A program made the translations under genes and the position numbers. Shown piece by piece: positions 55,570 through 64,000 of a stretch of 64,000 nucleotides of DNA (positions are counted from its first letter, which is position 1; every line of letters begins with the position of its first letter). The DNA lies in contig JAFDEF010000033.1 of the NCBI GenBank assembly GCA_019310485.1, forward strand, positions 17,174 through 81,173, given 5' to 3'. The notes under the pieces were generated by a model that did no database searches, was not told the origin of the DNA, and worked only from the letters and a program-made list of their open reading frames with translations. This stretch comes from Deltaproteobacteria bacterium. GTDB taxonomy: Bacteria > Desulfobacterota > DSM-4660 > Desulfatiglandales > HGW-15.

Positions 55570-56030
55570 CAGGACAATACCTATCGCCTCCCACGAATCC
55601 AGCTCTGCGATACGCTCCCGGCACTATTCGTTCTGAGAGCAGGGAAACCGGTGGAGTCTGTTTTAAGGCCTTGCTACGCACCAGGTTTTTGAAACTCGGC
55701 GTTTACTATTCCAAATGGATTCCTAAACTTTGCTCTCTTTCAAACACGCTGGGCTGCTAAAGAAACATTTTTTATAGTAAGCCCAAAGTCTAATACTATT
55801 TACTTGCTTTTTCAAGCGCAATTGTTCTAAAGAATCTAATCCCTCCTAAGACTTGAATTTTTTTGACAACTAAGACTGGATTTAATATACTTATTTGATT
55901 AAAAACGCGGTAATTTTTGGATAATTCCACTAAGTATTGGCAATTATCTCTTGATCTTATGATCTGCTCTTTACAGGCTTAAGCCTGTTGATTTTGGTTG
56001 AGCCCTGGGTTTTTCAAAACCAAAAACAAG

Positions 56031-58544
56031 ATGAAAAAAATTGTTTTTAACAAAGTACATTTCCTCATAGGCCTCCTAATAGCCTGCGTGTATATTTTTT
56101 TCTCACTCTATCCTATAAATGCCTTCAGGTCTCTGGGAAGGGTAATTTACGGCATTCAAATGCGCTTGGACCTTCCCAGTGGCCCGGGCACAAACAAGAT
56201 AGCGATTGTCAACGTAGATGACAAAAGTCTTAGCCAGCTTGGCCCATGGCCCTGGCCCAGACAGCTGATTGCGCAAATGCTTCCAATTTTAAAGAACAAC
56301 GGGGCCCGACTCATTGCCCTGGATCTTCTCTTCGATAAGAAGGAACAAAATCAGGGGCTCATTGAGATAAAGAAGCTTCAGGAAAAAATTCTTGGCAAAA
56401 TGGGGAAAGCAGCAAAAGATCCCTGGCTTCTCAGTACCCTGGCTGACATAAGCAAAAGGCTTGATAATGATCGCATACTCACGGAAACGGTCAGAAATTG
56501 CGGTAATGTCTATCTCCCGGTCATGGCCACATATGGGAAGTACCACTCCGAGCTTGTATTACCGGAAGATTCTTTCTTGAAAAAAGCCTCTGTAAAAGTT
56601 GGAATGCCACTCGAAAACCTTGTCCAGGCATCCGGGTTGAGGGCACCTTTTACGGAACTGGCGGAAAGCTGTCGGGGCATGGGACATATTAACCTCTCCC
56701 CTGATAAATCAATGCAAGGCCTGGCCCACCTGTTGTTTGTTAACTACAGGGGAAACATCATCCCATCGCTACCCTTTCGACTGGCACTTGATTACCTTAA
56801 CAAAACACCGCAGCAGGCCATTGTGCCGGGAAAAGGGGTAATTCCCGGGAGAAAGCTTATACCCACAAAAAGCGGTGAAGTTCTTATCAAGTTTAGAGGA
56901 TCCAAGCAATCTTTCCCTTATTATTCTTTTGTGGATATTTTGCGTGTCAAGAAAGTACCAGCCGTTTTTGAGGGCAAGATAGTCCTAATCGGGTACACTG
57001 CCCAGGGGTCGCCAACTGTGAGTACTCCGGTTGACCCCGAACTACCCCAGGTTGAGCTGGCGGCAAATGTGATCGACGACCTCGTGAATGGGAGATACTT
57101 GAAGCGCCCGGATTTCATGGGATATCTAGAGATCCTGGTGCTCCTTCTTCTCTCTGTTTTTTCTGCCCTCGTTCTCCCGCGGTTCGCTTTTGCGAATCGC
57201 CTGGCCATAACCGCTGGCCTGGTTTTTCTTGTCTTCCTGCTTAGCCTGGTCGCATTTATGGTCCTGGATCTCTGGTTCAAGATCACATATATTTGCCTGT
57301 CCCTGGTCACAATCCTGGCCGAATACTCTGTGAGGGACATTATTGTGGCGCAAAGGGCCCTTGGCGTCACCTCAAAAGAAAGTATTGAAACAAATAGAAT
57401 GCTAGGGCTAAGCCTTCAGAGCCAGGGGCTTTTTGATCTTGCATTTGAAAAGTTCAGAAAATGCCCCCTGGATGATGCAATGAAAGACGTTATCTATAAC
57501 CTCGGGCTTGACTACGAAAGAAAAAGGATGCTCAACAAGGCGGTTGCCGTTTACGAATACATAAGTCGTGCTGACAGCAATTTTAGAGATTTAAAAACAC
57601 GTATACCCAAGTTGAGGAAATTCGTGGGCCCCCTGGCGCTCTCCGGCCCGGATATGAGGCAGGAGGGCAAGATCGTAATAGCGGAAGACCTTGACGTTAA
57701 ACCAACTGTGGGCCGATACGAGATAATAAGCGAGCTTGGCCAGGGTGCAATGGGGGTGGTCTACAAGGCAAAAGACCCTAAGATTAACCGACTGGTTGCA
57801 ATAAAAACGATACGGTTTTCTGACGAGTTTGAAGACGAAAAGATTAAAGACATCAAGGAGAGGTTCCTTAGAGAGGCTGAAATTGCCGGGCAGCTTTCAC
57901 ACCCCACCATAGTCGCCATATACGATGTGGGTGAGGATTTCGACCTGACCTACATGGCCATGGAGTTCCTTGAGGGAGAGAATCTCCAAAAATACTGCCG
58001 AAAAGGATCGCTCCTTCCTTTGAGGAAAATCCTCTATATAATTTCGGAAACAGCCTATGCTCTGGATTATGCGCACCAGAGGGGAGTTATCCACAGGGAC
58101 GTGAAACCGGCTAATATTATGCTGCTGAAAGACGGCAAGGTAAAGGTAACAGATTTTGGAATTGCCAAGGCGGTTTCTTCTTCACAAACCAAGAGTGGAA
58201 TTGTTTTGGGGACTCCGAACTACATGTCTCCTGAGCAAATAAACGGGTACAAGATTGACGGCCGATCAGACACTTTTTCTCTTGGGGTGGTATTTTTTGA
58301 GCTCCTGACAGGCCAATTGCCTTTTCGCGGGAAAAACCTAACGAGCCTTTTCTATCAAATCACACAGGTCAGGCACCCCTCCCCGCGGGCCATAAATCCT
58401 AGAATCCCGAAACCCTGCGAGCAGATCATTGACAAAGCCCTTGCCAAGGACCCGAACAAGAGATTTCAATCAACGGCAGAGTTTGCGAAATACGCCAGGC
58501 TGCTGGTGGGCAAAATTGATGAAGCCCGCTCCCGATTGACCTAG
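56031..58544 (+). CDS. CHASE2-sensor transmembrane Ser/Thr protein kinase
   Basis: CHASE2-like N-terminus (IAIVNVDDKSLSQLGPWPWPR), a TM cluster, and a Hanks kinase (GQGAMGVVYKAKD, VAIK, HRDVKPANIML, DFGIAK, GTPNYMSPE). ATG 56031 is preferred over TTG 55998. Confidence 0.9.
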   Translation: MKKIVFNKVHFLIGLLIACVYIFFSLYPINAFRSLGRVIYGIQMRLDLPSGPGTNKIAIVNVDDKSLSQLGPWPWPRQLIAQMLPILKNNGARLIALDLLFDKKEQNQGLIEIKKLQEKILGKMGKAAKDPWLLSTLADISKRLDNDRILTETVRNCGNVYLPVMATYGKYHSELVLPEDSFLKKASVKVGMPLENLVQASGLRAPFTELAESCRGMGHINLSPDKSMQGLAHLLFVNYRGNIIPSLPFRLALDYLNKTPQQAIVPGKGVIPGRKLIPTKSGEVLIKFRGSKQSFPYYSFVDILRVKKVPAVFEGKIVLIGYTAQGSPTVSTPVDPELPQVELAANVIDDLVNGRYLKRPDFMGYLEILVLLLLSVFSALVLPRFAFANRLAITAGLVFLVFLLSLVAFMVLDLWFKITYICLSLVTILAEYSVRDIIVAQRALGVTSKESIETNRMLGLSLQSQGLFDLAFEKFRKCPLDDAMKDVIYNLGLDYERKRMLNKAVAVYEYISRADSNFRDLKTRIPKLRKFVGPLALSGPDMRQEGKIVIAEDLDVKPTVGRYEIISELGQGAMGVVYKAKDPKINRLVAIKTIRFSDEFEDEKIKDIKERFLREAEIAGQLSHPTIVAIYDVGEDFDLTYMAMEFLEGENLQKYCRKGSLLPLRKILYIISETAYALDYAHQRGVIHRDVKPANIMLLKDGKVKVTDFGIAKAVSSSQTKSGIVLGTPNYMSPEQINGYKIDGRSDTFSLGVVFFELLTGQLPFRGKNLTSLFYQITQVRHPSPRAINPRIPKPCEQIIDKALAKDPNKRFQSTAEFAKYARLLVGKIDEARSRLT

Positions 58545-58622
58545 GTTCCATCCGGTAGCAGGCTTCACCCACACCAGGAGCTCTGTGGGTGCTCCTGGCT
58601 GTCCGGCCATGTTCAAGTCAAA

Positions 58623-59531
58623 TTACGCAATTCCAAGCCTGAATTTCAGGGAATTCAACGTGTTCCTCATAAGCATGGTAATTGTCATCGGGCCAACGCC
58701 GCCCGGAACCGGGGTGATCCATCCCGCGATTTCCTTGGCTGCATCAAAATCCACGTCGCCTTTCAAGATGGCGATTTTCTTGCCTGTTTTTTCACTTATC
58801 TTTTCGCCAACCCGGTTCACGCCCACGTCAATGACGCATGCGCCCGGTTTTATCCACTCCGGTTTCACCAGCCCGGGAACACCGGCAGCCACTATTAGTA
58901 TGTCCGCCCGCTTGCAATGGAATGCCAGGTCCTTGGTTCTCGTATGGACTACCGTAACAGTGGAATTGGCATTCGGAGCCTTCTGGAGCATCATGATTGC
59001 GATAGGTTTACCAACGATATTCGACCGACCCACAACAACAACCTCTGCACCGTTCGTTTCCACGCCTGCCCTAACGATCATTTCCTGAATACCAGCAGGA
59101 GTGCAAGGAGGAAATTTTACCTCTGAGCCCCCTATCACGAGCCGGCCGACATTGACAGGGTGAAACCCGTCAACGTCCTTGTCTGGATCAATGGCATTGA
59201 GAATTTTTTTCTCATTGATATGCTTGGGCAGGGGCAGTTGAACAAGAATTCCATGAATCGTATCGTCCTTATTGTACTTTTCTATCAAGCCCAATAGATC
59301 CTGCTCTGAGATGTCCTCGGGCTGGTTGTCCTGCACTTCTTTGAAGCCAAGACTCTTTGCTGTCTTGACCTTGGCAGTAACGTAGGAAACAGAGGCAGGA
59401 TTTTCCCCGACAAGGATAGTTACGAGCCCTGGAACAATCCCATGCTCTTGCTTTATTTTTTCAACCTCTTCTTTGATCTCGGACAGGATTTGCTCCCGTA
59501 TTTCCGTACCCTTTATCAGTTTCGCACTCAT
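58623..59531 (-). CDS. folD: bifunctional methylenetetrahydrofolate dehydrogenase/cyclohydrolase
   Basis: The ATG at 59531 (MSAKLIKGTEIREQIL) has AAAGGAG upstream; the track start at 59654 is an unsupported extension. Full-length FolD pattern (PGLVTILVGENPASVSYV...LPLPKHI...GGVGPMT). Confidence 0.95.
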   Translation of the reverse strand: MSAKLIKGTEIREQILSEIKEEVEKIKQEHGIVPGLVTILVGENPASVSYVTAKVKTAKSLGFKEVQDNQPEDISEQDLLGLIEKYNKDDTIHGILVQLPLPKHINEKKILNAIDPDKDVDGFHPVNVGRLVIGGSEVKFPPCTPAGIQEMIVRAGVETNGAEVVVVGRSNIVGKPIAIMMLQKAPNANSTVTVVHTRTKDLAFHCKRADILIVAAGVPGLVKPEWIKPGACVIDVGVNRVGEKISEKTGKKIAILKGDVDFDAAKEIAGWITPVPGGVGPMTITMLMRNTLNSLKFRLGIA

Positions 59532-59886
59532 TTGAAATCTCCTTTCCCAAAATATAATTTGGCCGATTATCCGGCATGGCGAAAAAAGCTTTCGCCTCCC
59601 TAACATGGTGTGACAAAACTGAGTCTGGATAGCACAATCATGGTTGATAATCAATGATTTTCGCGAACAAATGTATTACACAGGTAGAAAAGCCAAAGCG
59701 AAAAAGCTGAAGAGAACATTTCAGTTTTCACTCTCGAATCCAAAAACAAATATGCACATACAAGCAAATGCTGATTGTCTTGACTTGCCAACCCCCGTAA
59801 GTTAATTTTGCCGCTGGCCCCGGAAGTTGTTTGTGGGTGGGTCTGGGCCGAGACGTTAATCTATTGCCATCTAGCGAGAACCGGCA

Positions 59887-60696
59887 ATGAAGCCATGCGG
59901 CATCATTACTTTGACTACTGATTTTGGGCTTACGGATCCCTATGTGGCCATGATGAAAGGAGTGATCCTGTCCATTAACCCGCTTGCGAGATTTGTGGAT
60001 ATAACACACAAAATAGGGACTGGATCGATATTGCAGGCCGGTCTCGTAATCCAGGGATCTTTCTCTTTCTTTCCTGAGGGAACTATTCACTTAGCTGTCG
60101 TGGATCCCGGCGTTGGGACAGAGCGCCGCCTGATGGCCTTGAGTGCCGGAGGCCATTTCTTTGTTGGTCCTGATAACGGTATCTTTTGGCCTATCATAGA
60201 AGAAAACGAAAACATAGTGGCTGTGGAGCTTAAGGAAAAAGCATACTTCTTGCCCCATGTGAGTTCCACCTTTCACGGACGGGAAATCCTGGCACCTGTT
60301 GCCGCTCATCTTTCCCTTGGATTGGGGATGGAAAAGATCGGGCCCCCGCTCCATGATCCCGTGCAGCTTGAAATTCCAAGGCCCTTTGAAAAGGATGGCT
60401 ACCTCTGGGGTCAAGTCATGCTTGTGGATAATTTCGGCAATCTGATCACAAACATAACCAGCAAGCATCTGGCAAAGTTTCTCGAATCAAGCCAGCCCCT
60501 TGTAGAAGTCGGCAATCTTGTCATCAACAGACTCAGCAGAAATTATTCAGATTTAGAAAAGGGAAAGCCTTTGATTCTTATCAATAGCTTCAACCTTCTG
60601 GAGATAGCGGTAAATTGTGCGCGTGCCTCGGAATATGTCGGTATAAACCCTGAAGAAATAGTGGGTACTGTGGTAAAAGTGGGCAAAAGCGGATAG
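59887..60696 (+). CDS. SAM hydrolase / SAM-dependent halogenase family (DUF62, S-adenosyl-L-methionine hydroxide adenosyltransferase-like)
   Basis: The N-terminus IITLTTDFGLTDPYVAMMKGVI and the motifs VVDPGVGT and HGREILAPVAA are typical of the family. Confidence 0.8.
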   Translation: MKPCGIITLTTDFGLTDPYVAMMKGVILSINPLARFVDITHKIGTGSILQAGLVIQGSFSFFPEGTIHLAVVDPGVGTERRLMALSAGGHFFVGPDNGIFWPIIEENENIVAVELKEKAYFLPHVSSTFHGREILAPVAAHLSLGLGMEKIGPPLHDPVQLEIPRPFEKDGYLWGQVMLVDNFGNLITNITSKHLAKFLESSQPLVEVGNLVINRLSRNYSDLEKGKPLILINSFNLLEIAVNCARASEYVGINPEEIVGTVVKVGKSG

Positions 60697-60735
60697 GGAT
60701 AGACAGAGGTTGGTGACGCGCTCAATGGGGCCGCA

Positions 60736-61059
60736 TCAGAGTGGTTCCTTCTGCCCTGCAAGAGATTTCAGGTATTCCTCCCATTCAATGGGCAACAGGT
60801 ATTTCTTCTTTGTGTTGCACTCCTTGCATGCAGGCACCAGGTTTCCCTTGCTGCTTTTCCCGCCCCTGCTCAGAGGCACCACATGATCCATTGTGAGGTG
60901 GGCCGAACCCACTTTTTTGCCGCAATAATAGCATATTCCTTTTCGCGTCTTTCTTCCCCACCAGGCAGTATGCCTCAGTCGGCGAGCCTTCTCCTTCTCG
61001 CGCCTTATGTCTTCCTCACTTACTTCAACACTGTGGAAACCAAGGCAGGCTTCTCTCAT
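60736..61059 (-). CDS. small HNH endonuclease
   Basis: CYYCGKKV...HLTMDHVVPLSRGGKSSKGNLVPACKECNTKK. I prefer ATG 61059 (MREACLG), which forms an ATGA overlap with the PilZ gene stop. The track start is at 61083. Confidence 0.8.
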   Translation of the reverse strand: MREACLGFHSVEVSEEDIRREKEKARRLRHTAWWGRKTRKGICYYCGKKVGSAHLTMDHVVPLSRGGKSSKGNLVPACKECNTKKKYLLPIEWEEYLKSLAGQKEPL

Positions 61060-61757
61060 TCTCCATTCCTTATTGGTTTGCAACTTTCAATGATATCAGG
61101 CGATTCAATGCCAAGGATAAAAGAGCCCTTGTATTTCCCTGCTCTTAGCCTCGTCATGTGCCGTACGATTCCACTAACTCTGATAATGGCCGATTCAGAG
61201 TAAAATGTAATATCCTCCAGCTTATCCCCGGGCCTCAATATCTCAATGAGATCAAAGTCCTTTTTTGTGACTAAGATCCCCAGCCCGTGGGATGAGCAAT
61301 CGTGCACATTGAGCTCATAGATTTTTCTCTTGCCTTTTGCTTTCAGAGAAAATTCAACTGAGACAAATTCAGGGGCATTGTAAACAAACCTCTTTTCTCT
61401 GCGCCTTTCCCTAAATTCAACAAGTTGTGGAAAGCTCACAATGTGCCCAAAATGAGGGGGTGTATTGCTTGTACCCGCATACTCCACCCTGCACCGGCAC
61501 GCCTTCTCATTAAGGAAAAACTCCAAAATCAAATCCGAAGAAGACTGAAGCAGCAAATTGCCTTTATACGGCGCAAGCTTTTCAATAAGAAGCCGGGCTG
61601 GTTTCCCTCCTTCCTTATCTTTCTTGAAACTCGTGATCCTGGAGAAAAAACTCTCAGGCTCTCCTGTGAGAGATACTTTTATCTCTGATTTGGCTGAGAC
61701 AAGCTCTTTTAACATGCCCGCAATCTTTGATCTATCCGTAACTGAATCCCATGCCAT
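61056..61757 (-). CDS. PilZ-domain (YcgR-like, PilZN plus PilZ) c-di-GMP receptor protein
   Basis: RRREKR (RxxxR) followed by DCSSHGLG (DxSxxG) about 35 residues later. The N-terminal approximately 110 aa are PilZN-like. Confidence 0.75.
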   Translation of the reverse strand: MAWDSVTDRSKIAGMLKELVSAKSEIKVSLTGEPESFFSRITSFKKDKEGGKPARLLIEKLAPYKGNLLLQSSSDLILEFFLNEKACRCRVEYAGTSNTPPHFGHIVSFPQLVEFRERRREKRFVYNAPEFVSVEFSLKAKGKRKIYELNVHDCSSHGLGILVTKKDFDLIEILRPGDKLEDITFYSESAIIRVSGIVRHMTRLRAGKYKGSFILGIESPDIIESCKPIRNGE

Positions 61758-62186
61758 CGCACGCCCTTAACTACATCCTCGGAGATGACCTACCTACCCC
61801 AGGATATAAAGATTGAAAGTCTTCCAGCAGGTTTTGTGGCGCGTCATCACGAATCCGCTTCCCTGACTTATAAGTTTACCACCATTATAATAAAACCCAA
61901 AGGCCAAAATCAAAGCAAACTGACTAAAAGACATGTGGAACGCACCCTAAAATCTCTGGACCACCATGCATATCACGTGTAAAAACAATATATTACAGAA
62001 ATCGCCGTTAATCGGAAATGAATCTAGCACCTAAAAACCCCATTCTTTCCACTCCCCGCCCTCATTGAGGCACTGCTGTAGGATGCTCTCAAAAAGTCCT
62101 CTGCTTAAAAATCCGTCAAACTCCTTGCCCCTGTGTGTATACCCGCAGGGGTCGTTAATGCCGCATTGCCCTCGTCATAAGGGGTC

Positions 62187-62732
62187 ATGGGCAGAGCTAT
62201 GGTGTTGACTGCCAAAAATAGAAGTGATAAAAATCAAAAAAGAATGGACTTTTATGCCTTAATGAAAGAGGCTCTTTGGGAGGCACAAAAGGCTCTCAGT
62301 ATTGGAGAGGTTCCTGTCGGAGCTGTTGTGGCAGACACCGGGGGAAAGATTCTGGCCAGAGCGCACAATAGGCCTATTTCCCTCAACGACCCTACTGCTC
62401 ATGCCGAGATCTTGGCTCTCAGGCAGGCTGCAGCTTCGTGTGGAAATTATAGACTTGAAGGTGCAACCCTTGTGGTCACAATTGAGCCGTGCCCCATGTG
62501 CATGGGTGCTGCTCTTCATGCCAGGATATCTCGCCTGGTTTTCGGAGCCTCTGATCCCAAGTGGGGGGCTGCAGGCTCCCTTTTTGACCTGGCGAACGAC
62601 GCGCGCCTCAATCACAGGATAGAGGTCATAGGCGGTGTTATGGATGCCAGTTGCCGGGAAAAGTTGCAGGATTTTTTTCGGGGCCGAAGGGGAAGAGTTC
62701 AAGGGCAAGGAGAGGTACCGAAGTGGTCGTAA
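62187..62732 (+). CDS. tadA: tRNA adenosine(34) deaminase
   Basis: CDA zinc motifs HAEILAL and PCPMCMGA. The start is uncertain (ATG 62187, 62199 or 62244). The last 24 nt overlap the following tRNA-Ser. Confidence 0.9.
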   Translation: MGRAMVLTAKNRSDKNQKRMDFYALMKEALWEAQKALSIGEVPVGAVVADTGGKILARAHNRPISLNDPTAHAEILALRQAAASCGNYRLEGATLVVTIEPCPMCMGAALHARISRLVFGASDPKWGAAGSLFDLANDARLNHRIEVIGGVMDASCREKLQDFFRGRRGRVQGQGEVPKWS

Positions 62733-62804
62733 CGGGGTCGACTCGAAATCGACTTGTCCCGTGAAGAGCGGGGCACGTGGGTTCGAATCCCACCCTCTCC
62801 GCCA
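62709..62804 (+). tRNA. tRNA-Ser (anticodon CGA), CCA encoded
   Basis: Folded by hand. Acceptor GGAGAGG/CCTCTCC. Anticodon stem GTCGA/TCGAC with loop CTCGAAA. Long variable arm (CCCG..CGGG). T-arm GTGGG-TTCGAAT-CCCAC. Discriminator G plus CCA. Confidence 0.93.
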
Positions 62805-62869
62805 AAATAAATTTTTCACATTTTACTCCCCCGAACACCCATGACACAAGGTCACTTTGTTTTAGCTGC

Positions 62870-62964
62870 GGAGAGATGTCCGAGCTGGCCGAAGGAGCGC
62901 GACTGGAAATCGCGTGTACCGCTTAAAAGCGGTACCGAGGGTTCGAATCCCTCTCTCTCCGCCA
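62870..62964 (+). tRNA. tRNA-Ser (anticodon GGA), CCA encoded
   Basis: Folded by hand. Acceptor GGAGAGA/TCTCTCC. Anticodon stem CGCGA/TCGCG with loop CTGGAAA. Long variable arm (GTACCGC-TTAAAA-GCGGTAC). T-arm GAGGG-TTCGAAT-CCCTC. G plus CCA. Confidence 0.93.
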
Positions 62965-63262
62965 TTGCTTATTAATAGCCCCTGCGAGCGGCAAGCTCCG
63001 GCTTTTATTAATATAGTCACGGTCATAGATCACGCGGAACCAATGCCCAGCTTTGCCGTAGTCAAGCCTCCAGCCTTGGGGGGCTTGCGGGCTGCGCAGG
63101 GACACATTTTGTATTTTGAGGACTCGCCATCCACAGGCTGGCAGGAATATGAGTCTCGCTCAAGGCTGGATTTTCTCGTTTGACAGCCTCTTAGTCCGAA
63201 ACCAAAAGCATGCCTTTTCAAAAGGTCTTGAGAAGAATGAAAGGGGTATTACAGTCGCTATT

Positions 63263-64000
63263 ATGGCTTACGAAGTCTTAGCAAGAAAGTGGCGGCCGCA
63301 ACTGTTTTCAGATGTTGTGGGGCAAGAACATGTGACCCAGACTCTGATGAACGCCATTAAGGCCGGCAGGTTGGCACATGCCTACCTTTTTAGCGGGGCA
63401 CGGGGAGTGGGAAAAACCTCTGTTGCCAGAATACTTGCCAAAGCTATTAACTGCGTCCAGGGGGAACCGGGCATCCCATGTAACAAGTGCCACTCCTGCA
63501 TCGAGATAATGAACGGTTCATCAGTTGATGTTCAAGAGATTGATGGCGCATCAAACCGGGGAATAGACGAAATCAGGGAACTCAGAGAAAATATCAAGTT
63601 CATGCCCTCATCCAGCAAGTACCGTGTCTATATCATTGATGAGGTCCATATGCTTACCCTCCCTGCCTTCAACGCATTGCTCAAGACATTGGAGGAGCCT
63701 CCTGCTCATGTGAAGTTCATCTTTGCTACGACCGAGCCGCATAAAGTCCCGGCAACCATCTTATCAAGATGTCAGAGATTTGACTTTCGAAGGATACCTT
63801 TTGCTCAGATTGTCGAACAAATTAAAAAAATATCCGCAGAGGAAGACCTTAAGATCAGCGACGCGGGGATAGCATTGATTGCCCGCCACGCAGAAGGAAG
63901 CATGAGGGATGCAGAAAGCCTCCTTGACCAGGTGGTCTCTTACACCGGCCCTAATGTGGAGGATAAACAGATTGCAGAGATCCTTGGCATTGTTGACAGG
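63263..64000 (+). CDS. dnaX: DNA polymerase III subunit gamma/tau, 5' part (runs off the window end)
   Basis: My translation from ATG 63263 is MAYEVLARKWRPQLFSDVVGQEHVTQTLMNAIKAGRLAHAYLFSGARGVGKTSVARILAKAINC...YIIDEVHMLT, which is canonical DnaX. The frame is open to position 64000. It is absent from the ORF track because there is no stop in the window. Confidence 0.95.
   Translation, partial: MAYEVLARKWRPQLFSDVVGQEHVTQTLMNAIKAGRLAHAYLFSGARGVGKTSVARILAKAINCVQGEPGIPCNKCHSCIEIMNGSSVDVQEIDGASNRGIDEIRELRENIKFMPSSSKYRVYIIDEVHMLTLPAFNALLKTLEEPPAHVKFIFATTEPHKVPATILSRCQRFDFRRIPFAQIVEQIKKISAEEDLKISDAGIALIARHAEGSMRDAESLLDQVVSYTGPNVEDKQIAEILGIVDR

Noticed and set aside
62965-63262. SRP (4.5S/ffs) RNA expected from tadA-dnaX synteny.
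   Set aside because: No GGAA-tetraloop helix-8 motif (CAGGUCCGGAAGGAAGCAGC) occurs on either strand. The only similarity is a GGCUGGCAGG string, which is too weak.

Overview
This 64-kb window looks chromosomal, with no plasmid or phage signature. Gene content points to an anaerobic Desulfobacterota/deltaproteobacterial-type organism, by inference only: HdrA/MvhD-like flavoproteins, a tetraheme cytochrome c3, IorAB, sigma-54/two-component and c-di-GMP parts, and an in-frame UGA selenoprotein. I support about 60 protein-coding genes on both strands and two adjacent tRNA-Ser genes. I found no rRNA, no CRISPR array, and no intact transposase, integrase or phage gene.

Gene blocks in order:
- 1-8.2 kb: two arylsulfotransferase-like beta-propeller paralogs, an unknown exported protein and a ComEA-like protein, next to a solute-binding-domain histidine kinase and a sigma-54 response regulator.
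- 8.4-13.4 kb: small regulators, redox proteins and gene remnants.
- 13.5-23.9 kb: an HdrA/MvhD/NfnB-like operon ending in a DsrE-like selenoprotein, then a TetR-linked OYE-family reductase operon with two ferredoxins.
- 24-33 kb: housekeeping and miscellaneous genes (GDT1, DnaJ-domain protein, HD protein, IHF/HU, M16 peptidase, a second OYE/FadH-like reductase).
- 34-41.5 kb: GAF-GspE ATPase, iorAB-mocA, cytochrome c3.
- 41.5-50.9 kb: comEC, murA, rsmG, LOG and regulators.
- 51.5-58.5 kb: a pilin plus MshE/PilB-like ATPase mini-cluster bracketed by a PP2C phosphatase and a CHASE2 Ser/Thr kinase.
- 58.6-64 kb: folD, SAM hydrolase, PilZ, HNH, tadA, tRNA-Ser x2, dnaX (5' part).

Most notable observations:
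1. The 77-aa DsrE-like ORF reads through an in-frame TGA into a full-length 116-aa protein with a U-x-x-C motif, so it is a probable selenoprotein. It is the last gene of an Hdr-like operon that has no HdrB/CCG partner.
2. At least four intergenic structured repeat families were read directly from the sequence: F1, a BIME-like hairpin mosaic at five loci plus one short hairpin-unit pair; F2, a ~225-bp MITE with imperfect terminal inverted repeats (2 copies); F3, a 111-nt element with two 100% identical copies 40 kb apart; and F4, a ~72-nt hairpin element (2 copies). Three of these families are concatenated at 51.0-51.4 kb.
3. The pilus-type ATPase carries a complete tandem MshEN-type c-di-GMP-binding motif and an extra C-terminal double zinc ribbon.

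All functional calls come from motif and family recognition by eye; no database search was possible.
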